Source of the DNA: Trueperaceae bacterium | GTDB taxonomy: Bacteria; Deinococcota; Deinococci; Deinococcales; Trueperaceae | Assembly (NCBI GenBank): GCA_965215565.1 | Contig: CBDCDZ010000004.1 | Location: 128,001-192,000 of the forward strand | DNA: 64,000 nt | Direction of reading: 5' to 3' | Shown: positions 29,730 through 39,317 of the stretch, in pieces | How positions within the stretch are numbered: position 1 is the first letter of the stretch | How the letters are laid out: each line of letters opens with the position of its first letter | Notes under the pieces: generated by a model | The model's input: only the letters and a program-made list of their open reading frames with translations | The model's database searches: none | What the model was told of the DNA's origin: nothing | Made by a program: the position numbers and the translations under genes

Positions 29730-30596
29730 GTGGCGCGGACGCGGACAGGACGCGGCGACGCCACCGTCAAAACGCAGCGCGGACCGGGCTACTGGGTAGT
29801 GCGCGTCTCGCTCCTCGCGTACGCTTTCGCCGTTCTTTTCCCCCTCGCTTGGATAGCGATCACCGCTCTCAAGACGGAGGACCAAATCTTCGAGGAGCCC
29901 CTGGCGCTGCCCGCCTCACCCGCGTGGGGTAACTTCGTCCAAGCGTGGACCCAAGGGGGGCTGGGTCTAGCCTTCTGGAACTCGCTCTTCGTGACCGTCA
30001 TCGCGGTCGTGATCGTCGCGTTAGGTAGCGCGATGGCGGCGTATCCGCTCGCCCGCGCCTCCTTTTTAGGTCGCCCCGTGTTCTACTACCTCTTCTTGTC
30101 GGGCACCTTTTTAGCGCCCATCACCGCCATCGTGCCGCTCCTCAAGCTCCTGCGCAACTTGGGGCTCTACAACACACCCTGGGCGCTCATCTTGCCGAAC
30201 GCCGCCTTCGGGCTGCCTATCTCCATTTTCCTGATGCGCTCGTACTACCTCTCGCTGCCGCGCTCTTTAGAGGACGCCGCGCGGGTGGACGGGCTCTCGC
30301 CCTGGCGCACCTTTTTCCAGGTGATCTTGCCGTTGGCGCGACCTGCGCTCTACACCGTCATCATCTTGCAGACTATCTTCATCTGGAACGAGTACCTCTT
30401 CGCGCTCGTATTTCTGAACGACCCGGCGACCTACACGCTGCCCCGTGCGCTCGTCGCCTTTCAGGGAACGTACGTGACGCAGTACGGTCCGTTGGCGGCG
30501 GGCACGCTGCTGACCGCGCTGCCGACGGTCGTGCTCTACCTCGTGTTTAGCGACCGGGTGCGGCAGGCGATGGGGGTGAGTAGCGGAAAGGGGTAA
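29730..30596 (+). CDS. Carbohydrate ABC transporter permease
   Basis: LEDAARVDG EAA loop; WNEYL. Confidence 0.92.
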   Translation: MARTRTGRGDATVKTQRGPGYWVVRVSLLAYAFAVLFPLAWIAITALKTEDQIFEEPLALPASPAWGNFVQAWTQGGLGLAFWNSLFVTVIAVVIVALGSAMAAYPLARASFLGRPVFYYLFLSGTFLAPITAIVPLLKLLRNLGLYNTPWALILPNAAFGLPISIFLMRSYYLSLPRSLEDAARVDGLSPWRTFFQVILPLARPALYTVIILQTIFIWNEYLFALVFLNDPATYTLPRALVAFQGTYVTQYGPLAAGTLLTALPTVVLYLVFSDRVRQAMGVSSGKG

Positions 30597-30712
30597 AGGA
30601 CCAGGCGTTCGTCAAATTGCCTTGCATAAGAGCTATGCGCACTCCTTACGAGTCAGGACAGGAGATAGGGCGGCGTCTAGGGAGGCAAAAGCGAAAGCTG
30701 GGCGGCGCTAAA

Positions 30713-30753
30713 GAGAAAGAGGAGGCTCCACCGCCGGTGGAGCCTCCTCTTCT
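30713..30753. terminator. Hairpin between convergent genes (putative terminator)
   Basis: agaggaggctccacc pairs with ggtggagcctcctct. Confidence 0.6.
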
Positions 30754-30762
30754 CAGGTACAG

Positions 30763-31863
30763 CTACTGCGCCCGCTCGAGCACCCCGCAGGCAATACGCG
30801 AGCCCGCCTTGCCGCCTGGGTCGGTCTCCTTGTCGTCAATCCCCGCGTGGATGATGAGCGCCGTACCGCCGGGTTTGAGGAACGGGTTCTCGCCCTCCAG
30901 ACTCGCCAGGGGGAAGCGCACCTCTAAGGTGGCGCTGCCGTCCTCGTTAAAGGTGTAGTTATAGTTCTCGCTGTCGCCCACGTGCGGACCGTTGTCCTCG
31001 CCGTGCCCCACGTCCGCCGGGTTATAGTGCCCACCTGCCGCGCCTGCCGCCTCTAGGACACCGTCGCCGTCCGTGTCAGCCGCCTCGCAGGAGCCGTTCT
31101 CGTGGACGTGAATGGCGTGCAGTCCCCCGGAGATGACGTCGTTGGCGGAGAGGTCAAGCGCCATCAACACGCCGCCCCCCTCGACTTCGCTGAAAGTAGC
31201 TGTGCCGAGCGTGTTGGACAGGTCCTCGGCAGAGACGACGGAGGCGTTAGCGCCCACCTCCATACCGTTGTCACTCGTCACGACGACGTAACCCTCTTCC
31301 GACTCGCTCGCTTCGCCTGCGGCGTCCGTGACCTCAGCGCCGAACACGTAAGCGAACTCGTCTCCCGCACCTTCCAGCTCAGTGACGTTGAGCGCGTCCT
31401 CGTCCACCCTGACCTCGTACACGCAGGTGACGCTCGTCGGGCTGTCCGAGAGTTCGCAGTCGCTCATGGGCTCGCTGATGCCGGTAGGCTGCCCTAAAGT
31501 GAAGAAGCTCTGGGCGGGGTCCAAGGGACCACTCAGCCCCTCGGGTAGACCGTTGAGTAAGCGCACCTCGATGTCGGTGACACCGTCCGGGTCCTCGTAG
31601 CTGACCTGCACGTAGAACGCGCCGCCCGGCGCGACCCGGATGACGCGGCTGTCCGAGGCGTCCGTAATGTTCCCCTCCGCGTCGCTCAAGTAGGGACCGC
31701 CGTAGCTCTCGCTCACCCCGAAGCTGCCCGTAGGAGCGTCTTCACTGACGTCCTCAGCAGGCTGAGTGACGTTCGAGCCGCCCAACTGGTCACAGGCGAC
31801 AAAGAGTAGCGGAAACAGAATGAGAAGTAGATGTAGAGATGACAACCGGAAGAAACGCTGCAT
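30763..31863 (-). CDS. Lipoprotein with an unknown N-terminal domain and a C-terminal Cu/Zn superoxide dismutase domain
   Basis: Lipobox LFVAC; HAIHVHENG, GGHYNP, PHVGD, IIHAG, GSRIACG. Confidence 0.85.
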   Translation of the reverse strand: MQRFFRLSSLHLLLILFPLLFVACDQLGGSNVTQPAEDVSEDAPTGSFGVSESYGGPYLSDAEGNITDASDSRVIRVAPGGAFYVQVSYEDPDGVTDIEVRLLNGLPEGLSGPLDPAQSFFTLGQPTGISEPMSDCELSDSPTSVTCVYEVRVDEDALNVTELEGAGDEFAYVFGAEVTDAAGEASESEEGYVVVTSDNGMEVGANASVVSAEDLSNTLGTATFSEVEGGGVLMALDLSANDVISGGLHAIHVHENGSCEAADTDGDGVLEAAGAAGGHYNPADVGHGEDNGPHVGDSENYNYTFNEDGSATLEVRFPLASLEGENPFLKPGGTALIIHAGIDDKETDPGGKAGSRIACGVLERAQ

Positions 31864-32056
31864 AGTGCCCCCCATAGGCTATAAGCGGAAGTTGCGCCGA
31901 TTTCTCGGCGTGTGTGATGGCGCAGTGCTAATAGATTCTCAGTGTTCTCTACAAAAGACCAAGAGGACAAGGGGGCAGCCTACACAAGGGGCAATGGCTG
32001 GGTCTGACAGTACTTTAGGACCAAGCCGCTTAGTACGAGTGATGCTCCGCAACTTT

Positions 32057-32184
32057 TAGCAGTTCCAAAACATACTGAGACGGATGGGCGCAGGTATCAT
32101 CCTAGAACGTGCGTGCTGCACAATATTCTTAAAAGTGAGAGTGTTGCTTCGCATCGCTTCTCTTAATATACGGATACCTGCTAT
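32057..32184 (-). mobile_element. Family A MITE-like repeat
   Basis: tagcagttccaaaacatactgagac...gcaggtatcatcc...gtgcgtgctg...gatacctgctat. Confidence 0.8.
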
Positions 32185-32286
32185 TTGAAGACGCTCTAAC
32201 CTAATGAGTGCTGCGGCGCTGTCCTCCTCGCTCCTCTTTCGTATGCTCATCCTGAGGTATTAGCCTCAACCATAGGGGGAGTAGAC

Positions 32287-32760
32287 ATGAACGAAGACAA
32301 TCTTAGACAACTCTTAGCCGACGGTCTGCCAGCTCTCAAAGCCGGCGGGCGCATCGCCGCCGAATCAGCCGACGAGATCAAATCGTCCGCTTCTGATTCA
32401 GAGCTGAAGTCGCTCTTGGAGACCGGCAACGAGAAGTCTAAAGAGTGGCGAGAGCGCGTGAACCGGGCGATGGAGGAAGTGGGCGCGAGCGGCGAGGGCG
32501 AGAACCCGATCATGAGAGCGCACTACGACGTCTCGAAGCAGATTCGTGAGGCTGCGCCGGATGACCAGGTGCGCGACCTCGGCATTATCGCCTCAGGGCA
32601 GTTAGTGTTGCACTATTGGATCGCAGCGTTCGGCACAATGGCGGCGTACGCGAAGCAGCTCAACCTGGAACAGACCAAGCAGGAGATGGGAAGCTCTATG
32701 GAGGAGGCGAAGGAGGCGGACGAGGCGCACACGAAGCTCGCCGAGCGGATCATGAGCTAA
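32287..32760 (+). CDS. DUF892/YciF-like ferritin-fold protein
   Basis: RDLGIIASGQLVLHYWIAAFGT...EAKEADEAHTKLAE resembles the YciE/F C-terminal half. Confidence 0.7.
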   Translation: MNEDNLRQLLADGLPALKAGGRIAAESADEIKSSASDSELKSLLETGNEKSKEWRERVNRAMEEVGASGEGENPIMRAHYDVSKQIREAAPDDQVRDLGIIASGQLVLHYWIAAFGTMAAYAKQLNLEQTKQEMGSSMEEAKEADEAHTKLAERIMS

Positions 32761-32858
32761 GACGCCGGACTGACGGGAGACAAGGAGGGGCTCATGGTGA
32801 GCCCCTTCTCTCATATTTGATTGGGGCGACAGCGGCGTGAGGCTGTTACACTAGCCGG

Positions 32859-33380
32859 ATGATCTTCTTCAACTCCTGGGCAGATATAGGGCGCGTGCTG
32901 CTGGTCGGTCCGCTCGCCTACCTTACCCTCCTGCTGATGCTGCGCGTTTCGGGCAAAAGAACGCTCTCAAAGCTTAACGCCTTCGACTTCATCGTTACGG
33001 TTGCTTTGGGCTCGGTGCTGGCGAGCACGCTTTTGAGTAAAGACGTGGCGCTCACCGAGAGCGTCGCGGCGCTGGCTGTACTCATCGTTGGTCAGTTTGT
33101 CATCACCTACCTGTCGGTGCGTTCAAAACGCTTCCAGAGCTTCGTCAAGGGGGAGCCAACGCTTCTCTATTACAAACAGCGCTTTTTAGAGGCACAAATG
33201 AGGCGTGCACGTGTGACGAAAGAGGAGGTGAGAGCGGCGGTGCGGGCGAGTGGGCAGGGGTCGCTTGAACGAGTCGGAGCAGTTGTTCTCGAGACGGATG
33301 GCAGCTTGTCGGTGGTAGGAAGTTCAGAGAGCAGCGCTAGCGAGTGGCTTGCGAATGTCGCTGAGCCTGGAGAGGGATGA
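32859..33380 (+). CDS. DUF421 (YetF-like) membrane protein
   Basis: GKRTLSKLNAFDFIVTVALGS; VVLETDGSLSV. Confidence 0.88.
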   Translation: MIFFNSWADIGRVLLVGPLAYLTLLLMLRVSGKRTLSKLNAFDFIVTVALGSVLASTLLSKDVALTESVAALAVLIVGQFVITYLSVRSKRFQSFVKGEPTLLYYKQRFLEAQMRRARVTKEEVRAAVRASGQGSLERVGAVVLETDGSLSVVGSSESSASEWLANVAEPGEG

Positions 33381-33689
33381 ACCGTAGGACCGAGCACGGC
33401 TTGTGCGAGAGACGCGCGCAACTGTTGCACGAGAATTTAGTCTACTATGATGCTTAGTCGTATTTCTCAGCCTGTAAACGGCTCGCCATAAACTCTTAGA
33501 ATAAACGTTCTGCGTAATAAGTTCAAAAACTGCTAGTTATTGCGTGCATCACGCAATAACTAACCTTGCATCTTAGGGAATCCGAGATTTAGCGTTTAGG
33601 ACGATAAAAACTACCTCATTTTTTCCTATTTCGCAGATGATTTAATAAGAGATGCCTGGCAGCATCCTCTACGTCAACTATGATGCGTT

Positions 33690-34015
33690 TAGCAGTTCCA
33701 AGATATATTGAGACAAAATGCCGCTTTCTGAAAGCCCGCAGGAAGGATGCCCGTCCAGATGACGTCGGTCTGGACGATATCGACCTCGCTCGACTGCGTT
33801 TCGAAGTATTGCAAGTACAAGGCGAGGCGGCCATCGGCCTGCTCGGGCGTCTGCACGAGGTTGATGGTGACGCCTGGGTTTTCCTCCATGTAGCGTTCAG
33901 CCAGCGTCTGCGTGATTTCGAACTCTTCACCGACTGTGACGATGGCGATGATGACGTCTTCTTACGCCCAAGCGGTGCTCACGAATAGAAAAAGAACGAG
34001 AATAAAGCGGACCAT
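33690..34015 (-). pseudogene. Truncated sugar ABC substrate-binding protein pseudogene
   Basis: MVRFILVLFLFVSTAWA*EDVII...YMEENPGV...DIVQTDVIWTG; in-frame TAA at 33962-33964; 3' part replaced by a family A terminus (33690-33720). Confidence 0.75.
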
Positions 34016-34069
34016 AGCGACCTCTTTTCAGCGCCCCGAGTTGTGTGTTCGGGTCTGGTATAGCCTAAA

Positions 34070-34182
34070 TATAGCAGGTATCATCTGGTTTGAGCCAATC
34101 TCACTAAAGAGAACATTGTTTAGCACGCACTTTAGGGGATGATATCTGCGCCATTTCAGCTCAATGTTTATGATAACCGCTT
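34070..34182 (+). mobile_element. Family A MITE-like repeat
   Basis: tatagcaggtatcatctggtttgagcc...tttagcacgcac...gatgatatctgcg. Confidence 0.85.
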
Positions 34183-34304
34183 TAGTGAGGCGCGTATCAC
34201 GTTCACCCTCGATGACGCACCCTTCGCTTTACATCCTTTCGGGCGTAGTTTTGGACGCCTGACTCGAGCCGAAGAACATCAAGGGCTTAATGTACCTTTA
34301 TCGC

Positions 34305-35210
34305 TCAGGAGCCCGCTGGAGGCTGGAGCTGAACGAGCAAGAAACCCGCCTCGGAAGGGTTGCGCAGCGCACCCCGCACGATGACGTCGCCGTCCTCGAG
34401 CGCCGCACGCACCTCACCCAACCTCACGTTACTGCCCGTCGAGGTGCGGAAGGCAGCCCGAAAGCCCGAACTTCCGCTCAGCAGGTTGTCCAGGGAGCCG
34501 AGCGTCACCGAAAACTGCCCCTGCTGAGCCTCCTCCGGGGCAACATGGAGCGCGAAGAGATTCGGCGTGCGTTCGGCTAGACTGGTCGCCAGGGCCTGCT
34601 CGAGTTCTGGAATCTCCGAGTGGTCGGCGTCCGAGGGCGCGAGGTCCGGCCCGTTACAAGCACATACGCTCTCACGCCACACCTTACTATTTTGCACCGC
34701 GCCGATCAACAGTTGACCGTGTAGCAGTTCGTGGTAAACCAGCGTACGGTTGGTGAGCACGTCAAGCGGAGACTGCGCGCTGGTATCCGTTTCGCTGAGC
34801 GCCGCTGGGTCAAAGGCAAGAACGTTGTCAAAGGTGATCGTCTTTTCCTGCGGCCCAGTCCGCACGCTGCCGCGCCAGAGGTAGACACCCGCTCGGTCGC
34901 TCGATTGCGCCTGTAGCGCGCCGTCCCACCGCTGTAGCGACGTGGTGATAGTGATGGAGACAGTTTCTACTGCGCTCCCTCGAGGACAACGGACCGAGAG
35001 GTTGATTGGTTGCGAGAGGCTTCCAATAACCTCACTTACGTCAGCGGGCAAGGGTAACTGCTGCAGGTCAGCTAACACGCGCTCGAAGGTTTGCTTTGTG
35101 CTCTCGGGGGCGGGTTGTGTGGACGCCGAACCCAGAAGAAGTAGAAGTATGATGCTCGCACCAAAAGCTCGAGCCCTGCTTCTTAGATACGGTCCTGCTC
35201 GCTGAGTCAT
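34305..35210 (-). CDS. Secreted hypothetical protein with a HExxH motif
   Basis: Signal-like hydrophobic N-terminus; LVYHELLHGQ and a downstream DH; ATG 35210 after GGGAGG. Confidence 0.6.
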   Translation of the reverse strand: MTQRAGPYLRSRARAFGASIILLLLLGSASTQPAPESTKQTFERVLADLQQLPLPADVSEVIGSLSQPINLSVRCPRGSAVETVSITITTSLQRWDGALQAQSSDRAGVYLWRGSVRTGPQEKTITFDNVLAFDPAALSETDTSAQSPLDVLTNRTLVYHELLHGQLLIGAVQNSKVWRESVCACNGPDLAPSDADHSEIPELEQALATSLAERTPNLFALHVAPEEAQQGQFSVTLGSLDNLLSGSSGFRAAFRTSTGSNVRLGEVRAALEDGDVIVRGALRNPSEAGFLLVQLQPPAGS

Positions 35211-35403
35211 GCCTCCCGCCACGCCTCCTCGTTGCGCTTTTTGAAGTCACTAAACGCATTTACGAGTCCCTTTGTCGTCTCCACCAAAGTCTTGAAAAGC
35301 GCCTCGACGCGCGGATCTTCAACCTTGACGTCTAAGTGCGTTACCAATTCCTGCCTCATGCTTTACTCTTCTGCGTGTGCTGCTTCAGGTTGTCTACCAC
35401 CAT
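35207..35403 (-). pseudogene. Frameshifted small helical hypothetical protein
   Basis: AAAGGAG RBS then MVVDNLKQHTQKSKA*; continues in another frame as MRQELVTHLDVKVEDPRVEALFKT...NEEAWREA*. Confidence 0.5.
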
Positions 35404-35572
35404 TTACGCTCCTTTGCTGACACTTTAGGGTGTTTGTCCTTGCCTAACCTGGCAAGCTCGCACAATCGAGGGCTCGCAAAGTGCGCACTAAGAATATTGG
35501 TCTTGTTCAACCGCGAACCGGTCAGTCGGTGGACCGATCCTTCCTCTATCTATGTTACTCGTATGTCTATGT

Positions 35573-35677
35573 TATACGAGGTTGCACGGCTTAGTTTGCA
35601 AACTAAGCCGTGCCCATCTATGATGGTAAGCTCTGACGCCCTCCGTAAGGATAAGCAAACCGTGCAATTCCGCATTA
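35573..35677 (+). mobile_element. Family B MITE-like repeat
   Basis: tatacgaggttgca...aactaagccgtgcccatct...tgcaattccgcatta; relatives at 55753 and 63803. Confidence 0.75.
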
Positions 35678-35741
35678 CTCGTACGACCGGCACAGATACT
35701 CGGTACCCGTGTTCCTTTAGAATTAAAGAGAGGGGGAGATA

Positions 35742-37910
35742 ATGACTACAGAGATAACCTGTCGTTTCCGCGCTGAACCCGGACCGTGGACCGGTTGGCA
35801 GGACGATTGGGCGGTAGCTGAAGAGTTGGTCGCTCAGATGACCTTAGATGAAAAGGTCGCGCTCGTGTCGGCTCCGGTAGCAGTGGACGCCGCGCCGGAG
35901 GGCGCACACGGCTCGGCTGCGGCCACGCCCGGTGTGCCTCGCATGGGTATTCCTATGTGGGACGAGAGCGACGCTAGCATGGGGGTCACCAACCCTAATG
36001 GCGTCCGCAGTCAAGAGAACGTCACCGCCTTCCCCTCGCTGATTGCGCTCGGCGCGACCTTCTGCAAGGGCGCAGCGCACGCGGTGGGCGAGGCTGTCGG
36101 CGCTCAGTCGCGGCACTTGGGTTTCTCCGTCCAGCTCGCTGGGGGCATGAACCTGGTCCGCGAGCCGCGCGGCGGGCGCATCTTCGAGTACGTCGGCGAG
36201 GACGCGCTACACTCCGGGATGCTCACGGGGGCGTCCGTCGCAGGTATTCAGTCTCAAGGCGTCGTCTCGACGCTCAAGCATTTCGCCCTCAACCCCGAGG
36301 AAACCGGACGGGTGATGGTCAGCTCGGATATCAGCGAAAAGGCGCTGCGTGAGTCTGACCTGCTCTCGTTCCAGCTTGCCGTCGAACACGGTCAACCGCG
36401 CTCGATCATGACCGGCTACAACATGGTCAACAAAATTTATGCGTCGGAAAGTCACTTCCTGCTCACTGCGGTTCTCAAGGGCGACTGGCAGTTCAAGGGC
36501 TTCGTCATGTCGGACTGGGGCGCGACCCATTCAACTGACCATGCGGCGTGGGCTGGGCTCGATCGGCAGTCGGGCTGGGACCTGGACACGGCGCATTTCT
36601 TCGGCGAGCCGCTGAAGAGCGCGGTGATAGGGGGTAGGGTCAGCGAGGCGCGGTTGGACGATATGGTGACCCGTATCCTCGCCTCGCTGCACTCCGTTGG
36701 TGCGCTAAAGGGGCGTCGGCTGCGGGACCCCGCTCCATTGCCACGCCATCTCGAGGTCGCGCAGAGGGTAGCTGAGCAGTCCACCGTGCTACTGAAAAAC
36801 GACGGTGTCTTGCCGCTAAACTCGCCGCAGAGTCGTATCGCTGTCCTCGGTGAAAACGCCGATCTCGGGGTGCTGTCGGGCGGCGGAAGCTCGGCAGTGA
36901 CGCCACCTGACCACGCTAAAAGAGAGGGGATGCGCGTTCCGCAGATGGAGTTCCCGCGCATCTATCACGGTCCTTCGCCGCTGGCGGCGCTGAAAGCACG
37001 CTTTGACGAAGAGGTGGTATTTCTAGGTGAAGACCCATCGGCGCTACGCGACGACGACATCGCCATCATCTTTGCTGAGAAATGGGCTACTGAAGGCTGG
37101 GACGCCCCCGACCTCTCTTTGGGTGACGCTCAAGGTGACTTGATTGCGCGTGCGGCGGCGCGGGCGGCCCGCACGGTGGTAGTCCTGGAGACACCGGGGG
37201 CGGTGTTGATGCCCTGGCTGGACGACGTATCAGCGGTGCTGGCTGCGTGGTACGGCGGCACTGCCGGGGCGGAGGCGATCGCGGCGGTGCTGGCGGGCGA
37301 TGTGACGCCTTCGGGTCGGCTGCCGGTCAGTTTTCCGGTCAAAGAGGCGGACCTGCCGCGTCCGAAGGTGCGCTCTTCTGAAAACACGACGTCCTTTCCG
37401 GGGCAACCGCGCCGGGGCGACTACGTCGGCGTCAACTACGATATCGAGGGGGCCGATGTTGGCTACCGCTGGCACGCGCGCGAGAGGCAACCGGCCCTGT
37501 TCCCATTTGGATTCGGATTATCCTACACGCGCTTCGACTATAGCGATGTCGAGATCGCGCTCAACAGCGACGGGCTGATCGAGGTGTCGCTGAAAGTGAG
37601 CAACGCAGGCGAGCGCACCGGCACCGACACGCCGCAGGTTTACATCGCGCCGCCGCCAGTCGAGCCAGCCAGCGCAAGCCGGCCGACCTTCCGTCTCGCT
37701 GGCTGGGCGCGTGTTGCGCTCGAGCCGGGGCAGTCGGCGACGGTGCGCATCATCTGCGACGAACTGCGCGTGATAGCGTCCTACGACCCAGATACCCCTG
37801 GCTGGACTGTGGCTGAGGGCGACTACCGAGTCCGCCTCGCTCGGAACGCCGCAGCGGAGCCGGAGGTCGAAACGGCGCTCACGCTGCAAGGAGAGCACCT
37901 AGCGCCCTAG
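35742..37910 (+). CDS. GH3 beta-glucosidase with a C-terminal Fn3-like domain
   Basis: TLKHFALN, FVMSDWGA nucleophile, VLLKN, PSGRLPVSFP, FPFGFGLSYT. Confidence 0.92.
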   Translation: MTTEITCRFRAEPGPWTGWQDDWAVAEELVAQMTLDEKVALVSAPVAVDAAPEGAHGSAAATPGVPRMGIPMWDESDASMGVTNPNGVRSQENVTAFPSLIALGATFCKGAAHAVGEAVGAQSRHLGFSVQLAGGMNLVREPRGGRIFEYVGEDALHSGMLTGASVAGIQSQGVVSTLKHFALNPEETGRVMVSSDISEKALRESDLLSFQLAVEHGQPRSIMTGYNMVNKIYASESHFLLTAVLKGDWQFKGFVMSDWGATHSTDHAAWAGLDRQSGWDLDTAHFFGEPLKSAVIGGRVSEARLDDMVTRILASLHSVGALKGRRLRDPAPLPRHLEVAQRVAEQSTVLLKNDGVLPLNSPQSRIAVLGENADLGVLSGGGSSAVTPPDHAKREGMRVPQMEFPRIYHGPSPLAALKARFDEEVVFLGEDPSALRDDDIAIIFAEKWATEGWDAPDLSLGDAQGDLIARAAARAARTVVVLETPGAVLMPWLDDVSAVLAAWYGGTAGAEAIAAVLAGDVTPSGRLPVSFPVKEADLPRPKVRSSENTTSFPGQPRRGDYVGVNYDIEGADVGYRWHARERQPALFPFGFGLSYTRFDYSDVEIALNSDGLIEVSLKVSNAGERTGTDTPQVYIAPPPVEPASASRPTFRLAGWARVALEPGQSATVRIICDELRVIASYDPDTPGWTVAEGDYRVRLARNAAAEPEVETALTLQGEHLAP

Positions 37911-37912
37911 CT

Positions 37913-38026
37913 TATAGCAGGTATCATCTGGTCAGAAACACTATCACTTTTTAGAACATCGTTTAGCACGCACATTCTGAGATGATATTTGCGCTCATCC
38001 GTCTCGGTATGTTTTGGAACTGCTAT
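37913..38026 (+). mobile_element. Family A MITE-like repeat
   Basis: tatagcaggtatcatctggtcagaaacac...tttagcacgcac...gatgatatttgcg...ggaactgctat. Confidence 0.88.
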
Positions 38027-38164
38027 TAGGTGCACCGAGTCGTTTTAGGTGTAGAGATGAGAAACGCTGCAGGCTAAGACGCTCTACTCTTGCAAGCTGC
38101 ATTTGAAATGCTTGGCTTCAAGCTTAGGTGACTCTACTCCTGTCAATACCGTCAAACTTTAGTA

Positions 38165-38318
38165 CTTGCGCACCCACCTCACAAACCTTACCCACCTGCA
38201 AACATCAAGCCTAACGAACAGGGTACGCGCCCTCACCGAATTCTTCTTCGCCACGGGCTGTGGGGTCAGCGAGACCTATCAACTCGAGATGCTCTACCGC
38301 AGGCACCTTCCGCAGTGA
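38165..38318 (+). pseudogene. Tyrosine recombinase/integrase fragment
   Basis: Translates as ...NRVRALTEFFFATGCGVSETYQLE, resembling box I (TG.R.SE) with Arg changed to Gly. Confidence 0.5.
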
Positions 38319-38364
38319 GGTAGGTAAGCAACCTACGGTTACTTTTATCTCGTAACCTCGACGG

Positions 38365-39317
38365 CTAGAGTAACAAGCGAACAGAAAAAGGATGAGGTTA
38401 TGGGCAGCGACTTTGCGGCAGACACTCGCTCTGATGCTCCAGAAGGAGTTGCGTTGTTGTAGTGCGAGGTTGCGACAGCGCGAGAGGGAGGAGAAGACGG
38501 CCTCAATAGACTTTCTAGCTCGGGCAAAGAAACCACACCAGAAGCCTGGCTACATAGCATTTTGCTTGGGTGGGGTGTAGATGCCCAAGCCTAGATAAGC
38601 TTTGTCACCAATGAGGCTGTGCAGGTCATCGTAGCGTTCATCAAGCAAGCACCTGGCTACGGTGATGTCATGTTCGTTTGCAGGGGCGATTCCAAAGCGA
38701 CAAATAGACTCTATTCCTGTACAGATGGCGTGGAGTCTAAAGCCGTAGAACTTCTTTGTTGCACCTCCGCGTCCTGAGTCTGCTTCGCTCAGTAGGCGGT
38801 CTCTGGTATAACGCACGCCTTTGCAAATCGGTAGTTGTGAATCAATCAAGTAGACCCCATCATGCTCTGCAATGAGCAGCGCTAAGTCAGCATAAGTACG
38901 CTCAAAGTTTCGTTGGACGCGGTAGAAGCGGCTTAGTTCGGGTAGGCTAGGAAACAACGTTTGATACTCTTGCTTGACCACAAATGCTAAAGTGAAGTTT
39001 AGATGTCGTACTTTTGATATCTAAACCGCGCGGAAAAGAGCCTTTAGCTGGGCGTATTATGCCGTTATCGACGCGCGTTGATTCAAAGATGCTACCTCTG
39101 GCTAAGGGCTTCTCAGCGCGTACCCTCAGACGCTCTCAATTTACGACATCATTCTTTCAGTTCAGTACAAGTACCACAGCCCTTGATTTTTCTGTTGCAA
39201 TATTTCGCCCACCAGTACGCTAGTCATCAGTTCGCTATAGCTCGCTTTCTGATTGCGCTTCTTAGGCAGGCTCAAGTGTCCTAATCTCTGAACGGCTTGC
39301 AAGTAATCATCGACCAA
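38365..39317 (-). pseudogene. IS982-family transposase relic, interrupted
   Basis: LVDDYL..KASYSELMT; LFPSLPELSRFYR; LIDS..PIC; FYGFRLH; PANEHD; GDKAY; after the TAG at 38550 the frame continues RKSIEAVFSSL...AAHNL. Confidence 0.8.
38985..39167. mobile_element. ~180-bp non-coding element with imperfect ~25-bp terminal inverted repeats, inserted in the IS982 relic
   Basis: Left tgctaaagtgaagtttagatgtcgta vs reverse complement of right tactgaactgaaagaatgatgtcgta; splits the transposase frame. Confidence 0.65.

Noticed and set aside
33962..33964. Programmed readthrough or recoding of the in-frame stop
   Set aside because: The codon is TAA and the gene is also truncated, so pseudogenisation is the simpler explanation
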